A stretch of 64,000 nt of DNA, taken from NCBI RefSeq assembly GCF_009914755.1, contig NC_060946.1; one strand, given 5' to 3'. This DNA is from the human T2T-CHM13v2.0 reference genome, Homo sapiens. A model generated the notes under the pieces. The model was not told where the DNA came from. It saw only the letters and a program-made list of their open reading frames with translations, and made no database searches. How positions within the stretch are numbered: the stretch's first letter is position 1; every line of letters starts with the position of its first letter. Both the position numbers and the translations under genes were made by a program. This document shows, piece after piece, positions 58,293-64,000 of this stretch.

Positions 58293-60795
58293 AGGCACCC
58301 CCTTCAGACTCTCTCTCTGGAAGCCTTCAGGCAGGTGGGCTCAGAGTCCTCAGGCATCGCAGGTCAGAGATGGGGAGATTGTGGGATGCGAGGGCCTGAG
58401 GCCCTGAGTCGCCGGCTGGAGCAGAGCAGACCATTGGTCAAGAGCATGGTGGGTGAACTTGACTTCAGTGTTGCTAAGACACTGGGATGTCAGAGTTCAT
58501 CTACCATAGCCTCTGGCATTGCCTTACACAATAGAGTAACTTTGAATAAGAAACAAAAAAACTCTTTAAGAGTTGAGAATGATGGCCCTGAGAAGTGGAA
58601 TTAGGAGAGGGTAAGATGAGACTGAGTAGAGACTGGAATTTTTCATTATAAGCCTCATAGAGTTATTCAACTTTTAAAACCCTATATGTGTATAACCTGG
58701 ACCAAAAATATTAAAATTTCAGAAAAATGTAAAGGCTGATGACAAATGGAGTCATGGTGTATGGGTGAGATTTTGGCTTCAAACGGCAGCAAATAAAGGG
58801 AATTCTAACAGTAGGGATGTGTTGTTGGTTTAAGAGATGTAAATGTCCTATTCATTTGTTTGAGTACAGACAGTTCTAGCTCACGTTTCTAAGCTAACGG
58901 AAGTTATTTCGCAGAGAGGCATGTGCTAAAAATAAGAAAAAGAAGGAAGATAAGCAAGCACGTGAAACCCTTAAGACTTAAGATGGCTGGAATCCAGGAT
59001 TCAGAGCCTGGATAGAGGTGGGACCTCCCTGTGTTGTAACAGGAGGAAGAGAGAGATGCTGTAGATGTGGGGAGGTTTGCAGATTTGGTAGCAGAAAGCG
59101 TTTAAAAAGCTCCTAGATGACAGCAGCCAACCTCTCTGTGGAACACCAGGTGGAGTGATAAGTCAGAAAACAGGGGCAGTGTGGGGCGGGGAAGGGCCAG
59201 CGCTGAGGGAGGGGTAAACCTGTATGCGCAGCGTGGACAGCCCGCCAGCCAGGAGGACACCGGGGCCTCCAGGGCATGGGGACCCTTGTCTGAGGTCGGC
59301 CATGGCAACTTCACCATGACCCCAGCCTCCAGACTCTGCAGTTTTCTCTGGAGGCCTCAGCGGCATGAGGTCAGGTGCGCAAAGGCAGGTGGTGAGATTC
59401 TTCCAAAGCTGGGTTCTTTGGGCAAAAATCCTAAGTCCAAGGAGGAACTGCTGAATTCAAGCTGGAAAAGGTGGAGAATTAAGAATGAAGGGGCTTGGGT
59501 GGAGGGAGGGTGGTGAGCTCTGTAATAGTAATAGCGACGAGTGTTCACGTCACACTAATTATGTCTGGCAGGCAGTGTTCCTTCTCCTGTAGATGGTTCA
59601 CAGATTTACACCTGTGACATTCCTCTGGACCCCATTGTTATCCCCACCTTACAGGTGAGAACACTGACACACAGGATGGTCCCGCTGCTTGCCTGTGGTC
59701 ACAGTATCCGGAGCATGGCTGCAGCTGGGAACCACCTCCAGGCGACAAAGCAACCCAGCACGGGTGGGTACGGAGGGGCCGTTCGTCTCGCTCACAGTCT
59801 GGGGGTGGCCTCATGGTGCTGCTCATCACAGCGGGCATGTTGGCTGGGGCTGACTGTGAGAACCCAGCTCTGCCCCAGAGGCCTGGCCTTGGCTGGTTCT
59901 CACAGGGAGGAAGAGAGCCCAGAGCAGTAAGCACAGCCCGTCAGAGAGCGGGCAGAGACGCACTGCGCTTCCTGAGACCGCGGCTCACCGCTCCCCTGCA
60001 TTCTGCTCTTCAAAGACACATGCAGAACCTTCAGGGTGTTGAAAGGGGCCGCAAAGATCACAGCTCTCAGCGGGGGCGCGGTCAGTCGGCCACAGCGGTG
60101 GAGATGGCGTTGAAAGCCGGGGATGATGACTGCTGCGCTGGGATGACTGACGGCTGAGCCAGGCCCTGCTGCTGTGCTTGTTGTGTAAGCCGAGCTCCCA
60201 GGGCTGTGCTTGATCAGGGCAGGATGTGTCCATCCAGTATGTTGGAGGTCAGATGAAGAAATGCATGGAGTTAAAAAAAAAAAAAAAAAGAAGAAGAAGC
60301 TTAAAATGTTTCCTTTATTAATTTTAAGTGTAAGAATGGAAATTTTCATGTATCTTATGCCCTCAAAGATGTAAAGTATGTGAGTGACAAATAAAGGGGT
60401 GGAAGTCGCTGATGCAACATTTAGTGATGGTTTATCCCAGGGTGCAACCACAGAGGCTGGCAGCTTGTTCCTTCTATTTGTATAAATGTTCGAATTGTTC
60501 TAAAATAAGAATGCACTAATTATGTCTCAAAAAAGATGATTTAAGGAAAGCTAACAGTGTTTGCCTTCTGAATGTGGCTATACATTGATTGTAAATAACC
60601 TAAAAGAGGCATCTTCGGGATAGGTGCCTCAGGGTGTGTGTGGCTCCCAGGCCACCACAGGGAAGCCTGGTTTTGGACTCTGGGCCTTGGGGTGGGGATG
60701 GGGGTGGGAGGGTCTTCATTCAAGGGGCCTGGGTCTTTAGTATCAATTTCATCATAGTTTCCTCTCAGGCTATGGGTGGACCCAAGTATATAAGC

Positions 60796-60918
60796 GTCAC
60801 AGCCCCACCTGTGTGCTGGGTTCGGGTAGGAGAGTCACAGCCCCACCTGTGTGCTGGGTCAGGGTAGGAGAGTCACAGCCCCACCTGTGTGCTGGGTCCA
60901 GGTAGGAGAGCCACAGCC
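60796..60918. repeat. 38-bp tandem repeat, about 3.2 copies
   Basis: gtcacagccccacctgtgtgctgggt...ggtaggaga at 60796, 60834 and 60872. Confidence 0.95.
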
Positions 60919-61004
60919 TGACTTGTTTTTATTAAGAAGAAAGAAGATATATTATATAGAATAAAAATGACATGCTACTTTACAAATAAAAATAGCTGTG
61001 ATAA

Positions 61005-61102
61005 TCTAATTTACATGGATGATACAGGAGCCTCTCCCATGCCTCAGCTACTGTCTAATTTATATGAATAATACAGGAGCCTCCCCCATGCCTCAGCTAC
61101 TG
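61005..61102. repeat. Two-copy tandem duplication, 49 bp unit
   Basis: tctaattta.atg.at.atacaggagcctc.cccatgcctcagctactg at 61005 and 61054. Confidence 0.92.
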
Positions 61103-61209
61103 TGCTGGGCATTTTCATACAGCGTCCTGTTCTGGGTGCTACCACCTCACCCCAGTGTGCAGTCAATCGTCATAGCAGCCGCTACTTCTCCCATTGCGGT
61201 CCTCACACG

Positions 61210-61400
61210 CCACGTGCTCTCTGGGAAACCTTACAGGTTTTAACTCACTGAATCCTCACAGCCCCCACGGAGGGAGACTCCCCAGTTCCTTCTACTTTAC
61301 TGATGAGAAAATCGAAGCTCTGAGCCTGGCTGTCTTGCTCAAGGGCACACAGTTGGTGAGGTTTTGAGCTGAATTCCAAACTATAATGTATTCTTTAACC
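61210..61400 (-). mobile_element. MIR, antisense
   Basis: aatcctcacagccc...tttactgatgagaaaatcgaagctc...cttgctcaagggcacacag. Confidence 0.7.
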
Positions 61401-62245
61401 CTGTCCAATCTATGAGCCTGTTCAGAGGTGACGAGTTCCAAATCTATGCACGGCCACAGTGTGAACAGGGAAGAGGGAATCAAACAGAGCGTGGACTTAA
61501 AACAACGGGGCTTTCAGGGAGACTGAACGCAGTGAGGGCCGTGCTGGGAACACTGGCTGCTGGGGAAACATTATAATTTTTTTTCTGCCAGGCAAGTGTT
61601 CTTTGCACTTTATGTTATTCACATACTTAAGCCTCATTGCCATCCTTTTGAATGGTAAGGCAAAGCATGAGAAGGTACATCTGAGACAAAGAAGAAGACA
61701 TTTGGAAAACACCAGAAAGAGTGTAGGAGTGTGGGGAGCACCTTTCGTGTCAGCAGAGCCGTAGAAGGAGGGGAGGCAAAGAATGAAGCAGAAGCAATAT
61801 CTGAAGAACTCACGCCCAGGAATTCTCCAAACCAAATGGAAGGTTCTCAAGCCAAACATTTAAAACACTCTGGGAACTTGAAGCAGGAGCCCCCCCTACC
61901 CCGGGGTAAAGGCTGGGGGTGTCAGGGAAGGCATCTCTCCCGAGGGGCATCGGACACCCAGAGCAGGCTGTGGTCCTCGGGGTGGGAGAGATGGTGGCAA
62001 CAGCGGGCATGGAAGAGCGGGACCTGCCCTGAGCCAGGAGAGGAGGTGCTGTGGGTTCCTCCTGGGAAGGGCAAGAGGGGAGGGAGGCTGCGAGGGAAGG
62101 CTGGGCTGGGTCCCAAGGGCATTGAAGGTCATAGGAAGGCATGTGTGTTTCATCCCAAGAATACGAAGAGGTCCCTGAGGCTCGCAGCACCATCCCATGT
62201 GTGTTTATGAGCATCAGCAGAGAGTGGGCATGTGGCGTGGAGTCG

Positions 62246-63081
62246 GGGTTCACAGGAGGCTTCCCTAGTGCCCCACAGGAGACCAGATGGAGCCTTGGAC
62301 CAGTCTGTGGGCCTCAGGGTTCACGGGAGGCTTCCCTAGTGCCCCAGAGGAGACTGGACAGAGCCTTGGACCAGGCTGCGGGCATCAGCGTTCACGGCAG
62401 TCTTCCCTAGTGCCCCAGAGGAGACCAGATGGAGCCTTGGACCACGCTGCCGGCATCAGCGTTCACGGGAGGCTTCCCTAGTGCCCCAGAGACTGGACGG
62501 AGACTTAGACCAGCCTGTGGGCATCAGGGTTCACGGGAGGCTTCCCTAGTGCCCCAGAGACTGGACGGAGCCTTAGACCAGGCTGTGGGCATCAGGGTTC
62601 ACAGGAGGCTTCCCCAGTGCCTCAGAGACTGGACGGAGACTTAGACCAGCCTGTGGGCATCAGGGTTCACGGGAGGCTTCCCTAGTGCCCCAGAGACTGG
62701 ACAAAGCCTTAGACCAGGCTGCGGGTGTCAGGGTTCATGGGAGTCTTTCCTAGTGCCCCAGAGGAGATGGTACAGAGCCTTAAACAAGGCTGTGGGCATC
62801 AGGGTTCACGGGAGGCTTCCCTAGTGCCCCAGAGACTGGATGGAGCCTTAAACCAGGCTGTGGGCATCAGGGTTCACGGGAGGCTTCCCTAGTGCCCCAG
62901 AGACTGGACGGAGCCTTAGACCAGGCTGCGGGTGTCAGGGTTCATGGGAATCTTTCCTAGTGCCCCAGAGGAGACGGTACAGAGCCTTAAACAAGGCTGT
63001 GGGCATCAGGGTTCACGGGAGGCTTCCCTAGTGCCCCAGAGGAGACGATACCAAGCCTTAGACCAGGCTGTGGGCATCAGG
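62246..63081. repeat. Minisatellite, 68-71-bp unit, about 12 copies
   Basis: gggttcacgggaggcttccctagtgccccagagactggacggagccttagaccaggctgtgggcatca. Confidence 0.97.
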
Positions 63082-63499
63082 GGCTCATCCAAGTGAGTGG
63101 ACCACATTGTTCACTTGGAGAGAGAATCAGCAACCCCTGCTTCCAGTTTAATATGCAGAAAAGTAGACAGTTCTTAAAATAGTTCTCCCTAAAATAGAAC
63201 ATACACAGTGAAGAGGGCAGCCACATATGCCAATCACTGAAAACCATGACAGGAGCGGGCATGGTGGGGCAGAGAGAGACACAGAGAGACACAGAGAGAG
63301 AGATGGAGATGGGAGAGTCCTGGGGTCACTGAGCAGGGCCTGATCTGGATGATCAACTGCAGAGCTGCTTCTGCACTTCCTGGGAGTGGAAGTTTGTGGG
63401 GCGGGGTGAGGGGAGAGGGGAGGGGAACATTTTTGTGAAGCATCCTCACACCTCTCAACAGGTTGGCGGGAAGTAGAGGCATAGGTTGAATTTTCACCA

Positions 63500-64000
63500 C
63501 CATTTAAAATACTAGAACTACTTTGTCACTTCCTTTGTGAATTCCCCTGTGACCCAAGAGCTGTATAAGAGATCACTGCATATTTTCCAAGCTCTGCGGA
63601 GGTTTTATAACTTTCTGCTGCTGATTTCCCCTGTAATTACCCTGGGGTCAGAGGATGCGTTCTGACTTCTGTCCTTTGACCTTGTTGAGACTTGCTTCAT
63701 GATGAGGCACAGGCGCCCCATGAGAACAGAACAGAAATGCGTAGTCTGCATTCTTTGGTATAATGTCTCCATATCTCTGTTAGGTGACATGTATTAATTA
63801 TGTGGTTCAGCTCTTCAGTATCCTCCCCAATTTTTTTCTCTTTCCAACAGTTACAGAGAGAGTAGCATGAAAATCTATACATATGATAGTAGATTTGCCC
63901 ATTTCTCTTGAACAATTTACAAATTAGTAAATGTTTGCAAATGGATAGCTGTCATACACCCCATTGATTTGGCCTTTTTATCATTATGAAATTTTTTATT
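63500..64000 (-). mobile_element. Old L1 ORF2 endonuclease region, antisense, running off the window
   Basis: Minus ORF 63697-63915 KKIGEDTEELNHIINTCHLTEIWR resembles L1 EN KISKDIEDLNNTINQLDLIDIYR. Confidence 0.75.

Overview
Primate (very likely human) genomic DNA that is non-coding as far as I can see. GC-rich unique sequence alternates with AT-rich old LINE blocks. It holds about 14 Alus (J, S and Y types, most with visible target-site duplications), several old L1 and L2/MIR fragments, MaLR LTRs (MLT1, THE1, MST-like, and one MLT1 with its internal region), an ERV1-type LTR, and Tigger and Charlie DNA transposon relics. It is very rich in tandem repeats: six minisatellites (24, 26, 40, 48, 57 and 68-71 bp units), a long CA-rich tract and many two- or three-copy duplications, a pattern typical of distal chromosome regions. 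I recognise no protein-coding or RNA gene; the long ORFs are explained by Alus, repeats or GC content. The most notable object is a 3.2-kb, 40-bp-unit VNTR (40307-43494). Its unit comes from the reverse-transcriptase active-site region of an antisense L1, and an AP-1 motif (TGACTCA) is created only at the unit-unit junctions, giving dozens of tandem AP-1 sites. A few well-formed plus-strand splice-site pairs suggest a spliced transcript, possibly a lncRNA. Repeat family names come from recalled consensus sequences, not a database search, and I could not identify the locus.
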